Assembly (NCBI GenBank): GCA_964291295.2
Contig: OZ219754.1
Location: 363,393 to 427,392, forward strand
From: an uncultured Candidatus Binatia bacterium
GTDB lineage: Bacteria > Desulfobacterota > Binatia > UBA9968 > JAJDTQ01
Direction of reading: 5' to 3'
DNA length: 64,000 nt
Shown: positions 18,736 through 27,809 of the stretch, piece after piece
How the letters are laid out: each line of letters begins with the position of its first letter
Position numbering within the stretch: position 1 is the first letter of the stretch
The notes under the pieces: model-generated
What the model was told of the DNA's origin: nothing
What the model saw: the letters and a program-made list of their open reading frames with translations, nothing else
Database searches by the model: none
Translations under genes and position numbers: made by a program

Positions 18736-21700
18736 CTATTCCAGCACAACCCGTACATTGGCCGGTTCCTGTCCCTTGGTCATTTCATCCAGATGGCTCT
18801 CGAAACGCTTCTTCATCTCGTCGGGTCGTGCGGGCGAACCGCCGGCAAGGAGTGCGGCTTTCAGATCATTGGTCTTCAAGACCACTTTGACCAAACCCGA
18901 CAGAACCTCCTGGAGAGGCTCGATCAATTCGAGATCCAAGGGATCGGGGAGTTCTCCTTTCTTCGTGAAGGCGGTGACCCGTTCCCGTTGAGCCGGCTCA
19001 AGCAGCGAAAGGCTTTCGCGAATGGATGGATCGTCAAGATTGGCGAGCAGCGTTTGCGTCCAGTCGGCGAGCAGCCCGTCAATCTTCTCGTCCAGTCTGG
19101 CAAGGGTTGTTCCGGCGACGCTGGTTGTCTCAAGGGCCGGCCTGAACCCACAGTGCGGGCAGACCGGAGCGGTTTCCGTCTCTTCCTTGGTGAGAGCGAA
19201 ACAAGTCTTCAATTCGTCAAGGCGTTCCTTCAAATCGATCAGATGCTGGACCGGCATGAGGTCAATTGCGGAGAGCGCATGGAGGCGGGCAAGCCTTCCG
19301 TCGCTCATCAGCGTGGTCTTCCTCCTCTCGTTGTTTGCGCCAAGCCGCGCCTTGGCGTGGAGGTCCAGATATATCCCGACGAAGGATTGCTTCAAGTCGT
19401 TAATCTTGCGTAGCGACCGGCGGCGGATCGCCGGCAATTCATGCTCGGCCGAGGATCGCACGATATCTGCCAGCACTTCGTCGCGGACAGCCTTCATTTG
19501 CGTCGCCCATTCATGGGACGGGGGAAGCACTGCCTCCGCCGCGCTGAGGAAAGCCGTCACGGGGGCCAATTCGGAAGCCGTCCCAAGGACGCCCTCCACT
19601 TCTGCCATTGATGCGAGCTCCGCTGCATGGCTGCTCACCTCCTCGGCGTCATGCCGGAGGTTCTTGAGACGGCCCGGCGTGGTATAAGCTTGGAGAGATT
19701 CAAGAAAAGTCTTGGCCCGCTCCAGCGTCGCACTCAAGTTTGTCCCTGCTTCCGATTCAATCAGGTTTCTGCCCCAGCACGGAATCCCGTTCTGAACTGC
19801 TCGTTGGGCGATGAGCAGCCTTTCCACGGTCCGGCCAACGGCCTTCTGAAGCTCCTGTACGGGATCTTGCTCGCCATGGGTGACAAGGGTCGCCATGCCC
19901 GGGGCAAGGCCAAACAAATCGAACAGCGCCTTGAGAGCAGGGATATTCCAGTCCTTGGGCCGCTCGATATGCTTGAAGCGGACGATCTCGTCGAGCGGTA
20001 GGGCGGCGAGAGCGGACAGGTCGGTGGCGTCGAACTTCCGTCCGGGAACAGCGAGCACGAGATCGCCGGAATAGACCAATGTCGCAAGCAACACCACGGC
20101 CCATTCGGGTTCCAGCCGCAAAGTCTGCGGAGCCAAGTATTCGACGCCGAGCAGTTCCTGAATCAGTTCGGCGCGGTTGACGACTTGGCCGCGGCCCTTC
20201 TTGTGCACCTGATCGAGGATTTGGACAGCATATCTTGATCGATGGGGATCGAGCCTGTCGCCGTCCAGGAGATGGAGCGCGTCGAGAATCGCTGTGGCCT
20301 GTCTCGTTTTCGTCGTGCCGGCGATCCACCGCAACGCATCCTGGGTGGCTTGAGCACGGTTGGACGACGTGATCAGCACGGAAAATTTCGGATAGTCCGG
20401 TGCCTGGTCGGCGAAGTGGGCATCAAGGCAGATGCCGGCAATCGCGTTGATCATATCCCGGAAGTTTATGCGCTCGGAGGGAAGCGTCCCGGAGAGTTCA
20501 CGAGGAGAATGCCCCTTGGCCCATTCGAGCAACGCCTTGCGGCGACCTTGATAGCCAATTTCGAAGGCCATGCCCATGTGCTCCTGAAGCCAATTGACCA
20601 GATCGCGGAGGAATCCCGACGCCTTCGATTCGTAAGTTGCCTTGGCGTGCCCGGATGAGGTCGACGCCAAATCGACCGAGGCTGCGTAGCCACACAGGAT
20701 CTCCCGGAATCGGTCGTCTTCGCCGATGAGATGGAAAAAGACCTCGTCCGCCGCCTTCTCGTCCTTGAAACGCGGCGGCTCGTGCGGCTGGATGAAATAC
20801 AGGTAGAAATCGCGCGGAGGCGCTGCGGTGGACCGCTCATTCGGCGCACCGAAGAACAAGTACCCCCGGCGAGCCGCCTTGCGCGCTCGCCATTCGAGTT
20901 CGTGCTCCCAGATATGGTAGCCGGTGACGTAGGTTTCGTCGGTGCACTCCATCACCCGCCGCAGCGCATCGTAGTAGTAGCGGTCCAACCGTGCCGCATC
21001 AAGGCTTTCGGCCCGTTTCTCGATCAACGCGTCGAAATCGTCGGTTTTCTTGAGATCGAGATAGTATTGGCGGTTGTCCGGATTCGACGAAATGAACTGG
21101 CCGCTGACGGTCTTGTGTATCTCGCGGAGCACCGTTTCCACTTGTGACAGGAGATCGTCGGCAGGATCTCCCCCGAGATCCTCGATCCCGGGCTGGTACA
21201 GACACAGCCTGTCCCTCAACTCCTCGGCGGTGGCCCCAAGTGGGGCGTGCATGTCGCCGGTAGTCAGCCGGTGCACCGAAAGCGCATGAATGATTCGTAC
21301 CGCCATGGGCTTGTAGGCAGGTCTCGTGAACGCCTGATCGATCCGGGACTCCAGCACTTGGCTGCAATCGATAATGGCCTTGATGTCCGGGAGGGTCCGG
21401 AAGGACGGGTTCGTTCGCAATGTGGACCAGTAGCCGTCATAGGCGATGAGGCCCGGTCGGTCGGTCGGAAGGTCTCGCCCAATCAGCTGCTTCATTGCCA
21501 ATGACAGGGTTCGGAGGATTTCGCGCTTTTCGACGACGGTCACACGCTCGAAGGTGTCGATGTAATCGGGATGGACCGGGAACAGGTCCACATACTCGTC
21601 CATTCGCTCGTTCATGAGCCCGTAGAACTTGGCGAAGGGCGCCAGGTATTCCCTGATCCGAACCTGCTGCTCGCCGGTTTTTCGGAGCAGTCGTTGCGCC

Positions 21701-22464
21701 ACGACAAACTTCACGTCCCTCCGGGCGATAAGTACTTGCTCGAAGCGATCCTTTACTCGACGGATGCTGTCAGCGACGAAGGCGAAACGCGGGCTGTCGA
21801 AAATGGCCTCCTGCACCCCGGCGATGAAGCGCAGCCGGAGATCCTTGCAGACCTCGCCGATTTCGCGCAGGAAGTTGAGGTCCAGGATCAGTTCCTGGTC
21901 CTTGCGTGATCGCAGATAGTCCAGAAGCTCGTCCACGACCAGCAGCAGGCCGTGATCGGGGTAGGCTCGGTGAAAGGCCGCCATCATCTCCTCGAAGGCA
22001 CGCTTGCTGCCGGAGACCTCTGAAGCGCCCGGAAAGGTAAACGACACACCAAGCGCATCCAGGCGCTCCTCCAGTTCGCCACAGACGATGTCGCGCAGGG
22101 ACATCGTGGTGGCGCCGATCTCGGTTCGAACCACCTTGAACTTGCCGGCCACCGCATTCGTTTCTTGCAAGGCCCTCGGATTGGAAAGTTCCGATGCCAG
22201 TTCGGCGTATTCGGCGATGCCGGAAATGACCGACATCAGGTGCGATTTGCCTGTGCCATAGTTGCCGACGATCAGGACCCCCTTGTTGTCGGCGGGTTTG
22301 TCGTACTGAAGTTGCGAAAACACCACGGCCGACAGCTTCTCGGCCATGTCATCGGAAATGACATAGCTGCTTACGAGATGGCGCGCGGCGGCCGTGTCGT
22401 CGGCATCGCGGAGTTGTACAACGCTCTCAATCGGATCGAACCAGATCAGATTGTCGTACTTCAT
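18736..22464 (-). CDS. brxC: BrxC/PglY-like large P-loop ATPase (BREX)
   Basis: 1242 aa with Walker [10 protein letters not shown] near res 68 and Walker [13 protein letters not shown]. The ATG abuts the upstream gene's TAG. Confidence 0.7.
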   Translation of the reverse strand: MKYDNLIWFDPIESVVQLRDADDTAAARHLVSSYVISDDMAEKLSAVVFSQLQYDKPADNKGVLIVGNYGTGKSHLMSVISGIAEYAELASELSNPRALQETNAVAGKFKVVRTEIGATTMSLRDIVCGELEERLDALGVSFTFPGASEVSGSKRAFEEMMAAFHRAYPDHGLLLVVDELLDYLRSRKDQELILDLNFLREIGEVCKDLRLRFIAGVQEAIFDSPRFAFVADSIRRVKDRFEQVLIARRDVKFVVAQRLLRKTGEQQVRIREYLAPFAKFYGLMNERMDEYVDLFPVHPDYIDTFERVTVVEKREILRTLSLAMKQLIGRDLPTDRPGLIAYDGYWSTLRTNPSFRTLPDIKAIIDCSQVLESRIDQAFTRPAYKPMAVRIIHALSVHRLTTGDMHAPLGATAEELRDRLCLYQPGIEDLGGDPADDLLSQVETVLREIHKTVSGQFISSNPDNRQYYLDLKKTDDFDALIEKRAESLDAARLDRYYYDALRRVMECTDETYVTGYHIWEHELEWRARKAARRGYLFFGAPNERSTAAPPRDFYLYFIQPHEPPRFKDEKAADEVFFHLIGEDDRFREILCGYAASVDLASTSSGHAKATYESKASGFLRDLVNWLQEHMGMAFEIGYQGRRKALLEWAKGHSPRELSGTLPSERINFRDMINAIAGICLDAHFADQAPDYPKFSVLITSSNRAQATQDALRWIAGTTKTRQATAILDALHLLDGDRLDPHRSRYAVQILDQVHKKGRGQVVNRAELIQELLGVEYLAPQTLRLEPEWAVVLLATLVYSGDLVLAVPGRKFDATDLSALAALPLDEIVRFKHIERPKDWNIPALKALFDLFGLAPGMATLVTHGEQDPVQELQKAVGRTVERLLIAQRAVQNGIPCWGRNLIESEAGTNLSATLERAKTFLESLQAYTTPGRLKNLRHDAEEVSSHAAELASMAEVEGVLGTASELAPVTAFLSAAEAVLPPSHEWATQMKAVRDEVLADIVRSSAEHELPAIRRRSLRKINDLKQSFVGIYLDLHAKARLGANNERRKTTLMSDGRLARLHALSAIDLMPVQHLIDLKERLDELKTCFALTKEETETAPVCPHCGFRPALETTSVAGTTLARLDEKIDGLLADWTQTLLANLDDPSIRESLSLLEPAQRERVTAFTKKGELPDPLDLELIEPLQEVLSGLVKVVLKTNDLKAALLAGGSPARPDEMKKRFESHLDEMTKGQEPANVRVVLE

Positions 22465-22938
22465 CTATGTCGCCGCCTGCATGCGCACGGTGAGAATGCC
22501 GTCAATCGGGTAGCACCGGTACTCGGGATGCCCTGGCTGAGAGTAAGAGAGGCACCGGTCTTCAATGGATCCGTTCCAGGCTGCAATCACGGTCATGTGC
22601 CGCGACAGATACTGCAACAGGCGAAGCGGATCCTGCCGTAGCGAGACATCGAAAAGAAGCTCGATACGGTTGAGCAGAACGATATCGCTTTCGGTTTCGG
22701 AAACGATCTGCTCAAGAAGCTGTTGGACATGGAGCGGGCGCTGCCGCTCGGCCAGATCCAACAAGCGGCGGGAGAGTTCGAGGTTGACGTTTACGATGGG
22801 CACACCGATGCACTTGCCGACTGCCTGCAGGCTGTCGGTATTGCCCCCGCTCTGCCCGCCAACGATCAGGACGAGCCGGTTGTAAAGGCCGCGTGCAAGT
22901 CGAACCTTTTCGTTTACCGCCTCGGCCAGACTCTGCAT
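22465..22938 (-). CDS. brxF: BrxF-like small P-loop-fold protein (BREX type 3), Walker A lysine absent
   Basis: Roughly 157 aa immediately upstream of brxC. It has a P-loop-like LVLIVGGQSGGNTDS. The ATG at 22938 overlaps the HTH gene stop (TGATG), and a GTG at 22941 is also possible. Confidence 0.55.
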   Translation of the reverse strand: MQSLAEAVNEKVRLARGLYNRLVLIVGGQSGGNTDSLQAVGKCIGVPIVNVNLELSRRLLDLAERQRPLHVQQLLEQIVSETESDIVLLNRIELLFDVSLRQDPLRLLQYLSRHMTVIAAWNGSIEDRCLSYSQPGHPEYRCYPIDGILTVRMQAAT

Positions 22939-23147
22939 CACGCGTCATCTCCGATGTCCACCATGTCCGTTGCACCGCCTTGACCCAGCCAGCGATCGAT
23001 CGTCTTCTTCTGGAATCGCCAGAGCCCTCCGACTGTCCGGCACGGAACCCTGCCTTCCTGCGCCAGCTTGCAGAGCGTCGGATGCGATCCCCTCAGACAG
23101 TCGGACAACTCGTCGATCGCCAAGACGTTGCCCGGTTCCGTCTCCAC
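22938..23147 (-). CDS. Excisionase/MerR-type helix-turn-helix DNA-binding protein
   Basis: 69 aa. ...LAIDELSDCLRGSHPTLCKLAQEGRVPCRTVGGLWRFQKKTIDRWL... shows the pattern of the excisionase-family HTH. It is the first gene of the BREX operon. Confidence 0.6.
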   Translation of the reverse strand: METEPGNVLAIDELSDCLRGSHPTLCKLAQEGRVPCRTVGGLWRFQKKTIDRWLGQGGATDMVDIGDDA

Positions 23148-23243
23148 GGCGAGTCATCCTCGCCGCACTGCCGACAAGTCCGTGCATCTGACTGCGCGGA
23201 CTCCTGCGATTATCAATAGTTACAGCCGATGCCCATTGTCCCC

Positions 23244-23260
23244 ATCCAATCATTTTGGAT
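23244..23260. promoter_or_regulatory. Palindrome ATCCAA-N5-TTGGAT in AT-rich region upstream of the BREX operon
   Basis: Inverted repeat read directly from the sequence. It sits about 100 nt upstream of the HTH gene start, in the only AT-rich stretch of this intergenic region. Confidence 0.25.
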
Positions 23261-23265
23261 ACAAT

Positions 23266-23481
23266 TGGGGGCACTTTCAAGGCTTCGCCGGGAACCAACG
23301 AGCTGGATTTCGCCGGCGGCTTCGGCGGGCGTCCGGTAGAGTTGACCCCGGGGGTCGCCGGACCGGTGCCCGTTCATCGCGGGCGCCGAGACCGTTCTGG
23401 AAGGAGAGATCCCGCCCGAGGGACAGGTGCATCCCGAAGGCCCGTTCGGCGGGTTCTCGCGCCCGGTGGAGGGCACCCACC
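23266..23481 (+). pseudogene. UbiD-family decarboxylase internal fragment (duplicate of 9831-10046, frameshifted)
   Basis: Hand alignment to the intact gene gives about 15 substitutions plus two 1-nt indels over 216 bp. It encodes ...FKASPGTNELDFAGGFGGRPVELTPGVAGPV..., then goes out of frame. Homology ends at the amidohydrolase stop codon. Confidence 0.8.
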
Positions 23482-24548
23482 TACGGATCCAGCCGGTAGA
23501 AGCGGCGCGCATTGTCCGCGAGGATGGCCGCCTTGTCGTCGTCGGTGAGCGCCGGGTTGCCGGTCACCTCGGCGATCTCGTGGCCGATGTCGCCGGGGCC
23601 GATCTCGTGCGGGAAGTCGCTGGCGAACAGGAACCGCCCGTTGCCGGCCCGCTGGATCTGGTAGTCGAGGCCTTTCTCGCCGCCCTCGCAGCCCACGAAG
23701 ACGTTGTCCAGGAGCCCGTAACGGCTTGGCGGGTGCTCGGGACCGGGACCGTCATAGTTGCCGTGGGAGTTCCACTCGCCGAAAAAGGCATGGGATCGAT
23801 CCATCCGGTCCATCCAGAAGCTCAGCCATCCCGCGCCCCCTTCCAGGAACGCCACCCGCAGATTCGGAAACCGGTCGAAGACGCCGTGGTAGACCATGCC
23901 CGAGAAGGCGATCATCAGGCTGAAAGGGTGTCCCAACCCGGCCACGGGAACGAACGCCCCGAAAGTGTCGAGCCCCATGCCGTGATGGCAGCCGCCGTGC
24001 ACCGCCAGGCCGCAGCCCAGCCGTTCCGCCTCCGCATACACGTCCCAGTAGATCCTGTGGCCCAGATCCATGGGCAGCCCGCGCGAGGGCAGCATGGCCC
24101 CCCGCATGCCCAGCTCCGTCACCGCCCGGCGCAACTCCCGGACCGCCTCCTCCGGTACCTGGAGCGGGAGGAGCGCCATGCCCTTGAGCCGCGGATTGTC
24201 CTTCAGGTACCGGTCATGGAGCCAGCTGTTGTAGGCGTGGGCCACGGCGCAGGCCCAGTCCGGCCCGCTGATGTTGCCCATGGCCAGGCCCCAAGTGGGA
24301 TACAGGACGCTGCACTCGAACCCGGCCTCCTCCACGAACGAGCGCCAGTCCGCGGGCGTCACGGGCTTGCCGCCGCCAAAGGCGTCCTCGCTCAGATACC
24401 TGAGTCCCAGGTGATGGTGGTCCAGAGAGGGAAAGACCCGCGTCAGGATGCGCCGGCTTGCCTGACTGCGATAGGGCTCCTCGATGTAATCGACGATGGA
24501 CTCGTCCTCGATCACATGGCCATCGGCATCGATGACGGGCAGGCGCAC
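23481..24548 (-). CDS. Amidohydrolase-2 (ACMSD-like) family metal-dependent hydrolase/decarboxylase
   Basis: VIDADGHVIE... at the N-terminus and ...FASDFPHE near the C-terminus are typical of PF04909-type amidohydrolases. The GTG at 24548 is preceded by AGGAGG-N8. Confidence 0.7.
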   Translation of the reverse strand: MRLPVIDADGHVIEDESIVDYIEEPYRSQASRRILTRVFPSLDHHHLGLRYLSEDAFGGGKPVTPADWRSFVEEAGFECSVLYPTWGLAMGNISGPDWACAVAHAYNSWLHDRYLKDNPRLKGMALLPLQVPEEAVRELRRAVTELGMRGAMLPSRGLPMDLGHRIYWDVYAEAERLGCGLAVHGGCHHGMGLDTFGAFVPVAGLGHPFSLMIAFSGMVYHGVFDRFPNLRVAFLEGGAGWLSFWMDRMDRSHAFFGEWNSHGNYDGPGPEHPPSRYGLLDNVFVGCEGGEKGLDYQIQRAGNGRFLFASDFPHEIGPGDIGHEIAEVTGNPALTDDDKAAILADNARRFYRLDP

Positions 24549-24589
24549 GGACTCCCCTCCTGATCCCGGTCCCTGCGGAACTCCAGTCC

Positions 24590-25252
24590 CTATTGGATAC
24601 CGGTAATCCTGATGCTGGCGTGCTTCGACTTGTAACGGCGGTTGAGGGCGATGAGCACGCCGGTCAACCCCTCCACCACGTAGGCGTTGCCCGCCGGGCC
24701 GGCATCGAGGCCGGTGGCGCCGATGCGCGCCAGCAGCTCGATGACACGCTCCTTGGCTTCCCTGCTGTCGCCGCACACCAGCACGTCGCCGAGGGGCTCG
24801 TCCGGGGCGCCGAGGTCCAGCGCCGAGATGTTGTGCAATGCGCCGATGACCGGGGTGTCCTGGCCCAGGATATTCTGGGCTTCCAGCAGCGCGGAGCCGG
24901 CCTCGGGCACGAAGGGCCGGCCCTTGCGCAACGGCACCACCGCGTCGATGACGATCTTTCCCCGCAACGCCTCGGCCAGGTCGCGCACCATCTTCTCCTG
25001 GCCTTCATAGGGAACCGAGATGACGGCCAGCTCCGCTTCCCGGACCGCGTCGGCGTTGAGCATCCCCTCCACGAAGTCCGTGCCCAGCCGCTGGTTCAGC
25101 TCCCTGGCCGCGTCCGCGCCGCGCTGCGCGTCGCGTGAACCGATGAGAACCCGCACGCCGGGCCGCGCCAAGCGTCCCGCCAAGCCCATTCCCAGACTTC
25201 CGGTCCCTCCCACGATAGCGATCGAAATGGAATCCTGCATGGGGTGGCTCAT
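24590..25252 (-). CDS. npdG: NADPH-dependent F420 reductase
   Basis: Rossmann motif IAIVGGTGSLGMGLA and NpdG/FNO-like sequence throughout (...VCGDSREAKERV...). It lies directly downstream of cofE. Confidence 0.8.
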   Translation of the reverse strand: MSHPMQDSISIAIVGGTGSLGMGLAGRLARPGVRVLIGSRDAQRGADAARELNQRLGTDFVEGMLNADAVREAELAVISVPYEGQEKMVRDLAEALRGKIVIDAVVPLRKGRPFVPEAGSALLEAQNILGQDTPVIGALHNISALDLGAPDEPLGDVLVCGDSREAKERVIELLARIGATGLDAGPAGNAYVVEGLTGVLIALNRRYKSKHASIRITGIQ

Positions 25253-25271
25253 AACATTTTCGCCTCAGGTC

Positions 25272-26072
25272 CTACAAATGGCGGGTCGGCGCGGGAACGG
25301 GTCCGACCTCGCGCTCCTGGCCGCGGAAGAGATCATCCGACGCCGGCCGGATCAATTCCCGCGCCGATCCGTCACCTGGCGGCAACTCGCAGCCCCGGAC
25401 AATGGCGGCGGGCACGCGGCGGGTCTTTCCCATGACCAGTTCAGCGGCCCCCGCGACCTGGTCAGCCACCGCCGTGACCGACGCTCTGAGCTGATATCCA
25501 TGGGAGTCGACCTGTCCGCGGTGGTCGATCAGGGGACCGAAGCCCGCCACGCCGATGGCCACGTCGGTGGTGCCCAGGCGCCAGGGGCGGCCGAACGTGT
25601 CGGTGATGACGACGCCGGCCGTGGTCCCGGTGAGCCGCCGCACCTCGTCGCGGACGCGCCGGGCGGAAGCGTCGGAGTCCTCCGGCAACAGCAGCGCGCG
25701 GTCCGCGCCGACGTTCGACAGGTCGATGCCCGCGTTGGCGCATACGAAGCCGTGATGGGTCTCGACGACGATGGTGCTGCGCCCTTTCGCGACGATGCGG
25801 CGGCTCTCCCGCAGGATGAGCTCCAGCAGACGGGGATCCTTGCCGTCGAGCTCGGCGGAGAGCCTCGACGCCTCCGCGGAGGGGACAACGCTGCCCAGAG
25901 CCACGGCGCGGCCCTCGGACTTGGAGACGATCTTCTGCGCCAGCACCAGCACGTCGCCGTCCCGCAAGGCGGTACCCTGGCGCGCGCAGACCTCCACCAC
26001 CCGCCGCCCCAGCGGGTCGCCGGACACGATCTCGCCCAACCCCTCCACGGCGATGACCTCGAGGCGCCGCAT
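25272..26072 (-). CDS. cofE: Coenzyme F420-0:L-glutamate ligase
   Basis: ...LVLAQKIVSKSEGR...HGFVCANAGIDLSNV...ITDTFGRPWRLG... are CofE hallmarks. Confidence 0.85.
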   Translation of the reverse strand: MRRLEVIAVEGLGEIVSGDPLGRRVVEVCARQGTALRDGDVLVLAQKIVSKSEGRAVALGSVVPSAEASRLSAELDGKDPRLLELILRESRRIVAKGRSTIVVETHHGFVCANAGIDLSNVGADRALLLPEDSDASARRVRDEVRRLTGTTAGVVITDTFGRPWRLGTTDVAIGVAGFGPLIDHRGQVDSHGYQLRASVTAVADQVAGAAELVMGKTRRVPAAIVRGCELPPGDGSARELIRPASDDLFRGQEREVGPVPAPTRHL

Positions 26073-26078
26073 GGACGG

Positions 26079-26768
26079 CTAACCCGCTTCGGCGCAGAAG
26101 CGGCCGCCGCGGTCCTTCATGGCGGCGAGCCGATCACGGGTGCGGCCGCCTTGCAGCCGGCGGACGACCTGCTGGAGGTCGGCGGGCTCGTCCACATCCA
26201 GCGCGATGCGGGCGTTCTCGACGACTTTGACGACGGCGCCGCGGGTTGCCGCCTGGTTGAGGTGATGGCGGAAGCTGTCGTGGCCGAAACGGAGCCGCAG
26301 TACGTCCGGCGGCGCCAGCAGCAGCGCGTTGGTGCCCATGCGGTCATGGGAGGGCGTGAGCACGACAAAGGGCTGGTGGGGATGCTTGCCAGGACGGGCC
26401 GGCGCGGCGCGGAGCACCGACTCCACATCCTCGGCGCGCACCAGCGGGATATCGCCCGGCAACACCAGCACGGCTTCCATGCCCGCCTCCTTCATCACGT
26501 CGAGGGCGAGGTGGACCGCGGCGGTCTCACCCGTCTCCTCCTGTTCCCGGATGACCGCCACGCGCATGGCCGAGACCCAGTCCACCACCGCGGCGGAGCC
26601 GGTGACCACGCAGGTCTCGTGGACGCCCCGCGCACGGGTCACCTCGGTCAGCACGTCGTGCACCATGGCCTTCATCAATTCCGAGCGGTCGTGCGCGCCG
26701 AGTTGAGGGGAAAGCCGCTGCTTGGCGCCGTGAAATCCCTTGACAGGTATGAGCGCACCGATCTTCAT
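26079..26768 (-). CDS. cofC: 2-phospho-L-lactate (or PEP) guanylyltransferase
   Basis: MKIGALIPVKGFHGAKQRL... is a typical CofC/FbiD N-terminus. Alternative ATG starts lie at 26792 and 26855. Confidence 0.75.
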   Translation of the reverse strand: MKIGALIPVKGFHGAKQRLSPQLGAHDRSELMKAMVHDVLTEVTRARGVHETCVVTGSAAVVDWVSAMRVAVIREQEETGETAAVHLALDVMKEAGMEAVLVLPGDIPLVRAEDVESVLRAAPARPGKHPHQPFVVLTPSHDRMGTNALLLAPPDVLRLRFGHDSFRHHLNQAATRGAVVKVVENARIALDVDEPADLQQVVRRLQGGRTRDRLAAMKDRGGRFCAEAG

Positions 26769-26884
26769 CCCCGAATTCACTACCGAGTTCATCACTGAAC
26801 CGGAATCCCTGGCACCGGCCCGAAGACTCTGGAATCCTGCCGGGGCGCGGGCCATCCGCTCCGGGACCGGCGGCGAACCGCCCC

Positions 26885-27805
26885 TCAGGAGAGTTGCAGC
26901 AGCTCCCGGGCCAGCCGCTTCTTGTCGTCCAGGGTATCCATGCGGATGGAGGCGGCGCGCACCTCCAGGCCCAGCTTCTCGATGGCGGGCCGCTGATGCC
27001 GGTCTTTCTCGTCAATGACCAGCACGTTCACGAAATCCCGGTAGGCCCGGGCCAGTCCTTCCACCGACGCCTCCACACCGAGGGTGGCCATCAGCTTGTG
27101 AGCCGGGCCGCTGAAGGAACATCCCCGCACCATCGGGCTTACGGCCGCCACCGTGGCGGGCGTCTGCCCCAGCGCCTCCCGGACGCCGGGCACCGCAAGG
27201 ATGGGGCCGATGCTGGTGGCCGGGTTGCTCGGACAGACCACCACCATGGCGGCGCCGTGGATGGCTTCCAGCAGCCCCGGCGCCGGACGGCAACCCTCGA
27301 TGCCCTGGTAGCGCAGGCTCAGGACAGACGGCTGCCAGCGCGCCTTCACGAAGTACTCCTGAAAGGATATCTCCCCCTCCGAGGTGGAAAGCCGGGTCTC
27401 CACCCGCTGGTCGGACATGGGCAGCACGGTGGACCGGACCCCCAGAGCGCGGCACAGCGCGGCGGTGACGCAGGACAGGGACTGCCCCCGGGCCAGCAGG
27501 CGGGTGCGAGTCAGATGGAGGGCGATGTCCCGATCGCCCAGTTGAAACCAAGTCTCGTTGCCAAGCCGCCGGAGCTGTTCCAGTACGGCGAAGGTATCGT
27601 CCCGGATACCCCAGCCCCGGACCGGGTCGATGAGGCCCGCCAAGGTATAGGCGATGGTATCGACGTCGGGGGATACGTGGAGACCGTGCATCACCGAGTC
27701 GTCGGCGGTGTTGCACACCACCACCAGGTCTCCGGGGGCGGTCTCCTCATGGAAGCCCAAGACCAGCTTGGCGCCGCCGGTGCCTCCGGTGAGGAGGACG
27801 ATCAT
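26885..27805 (-). CDS. cofD: 2-phospho-L-lactate transferase
   Basis: MIVLLTGGTGGAKLV... is a CofD N-terminal signature, and the sequence resembles CofD throughout. Confidence 0.85.
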   Translation of the reverse strand: MIVLLTGGTGGAKLVLGFHEETAPGDLVVVCNTADDSVMHGLHVSPDVDTIAYTLAGLIDPVRGWGIRDDTFAVLEQLRRLGNETWFQLGDRDIALHLTRTRLLARGQSLSCVTAALCRALGVRSTVLPMSDQRVETRLSTSEGEISFQEYFVKARWQPSVLSLRYQGIEGCRPAPGLLEAIHGAAMVVVCPSNPATSIGPILAVPGVREALGQTPATVAAVSPMVRGCSFSGPAHKLMATLGVEASVEGLARAYRDFVNVLVIDEKDRHQRPAIEKLGLEVRAASIRMDTLDDKKRLARELLQLS

Positions 27806-27809
27806 GGTG

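Noticed and set aside
23208-23222. Shared 9-mer atcaatagt between the BREX upstream region and 48672-48683
   Set aside because: A single 9-mer match is expected by chance in 64 kb on two strands, and there is no extended similarity.
10832-23265. Integrase or recombinase that would make the BREX island a classical integrative element
   Set aside because: No tyrosine or serine recombinase or transposase ORF lies in or next to the island. The small HTH resembles an excisionase fold but is coupled to brxF and more likely regulatory.
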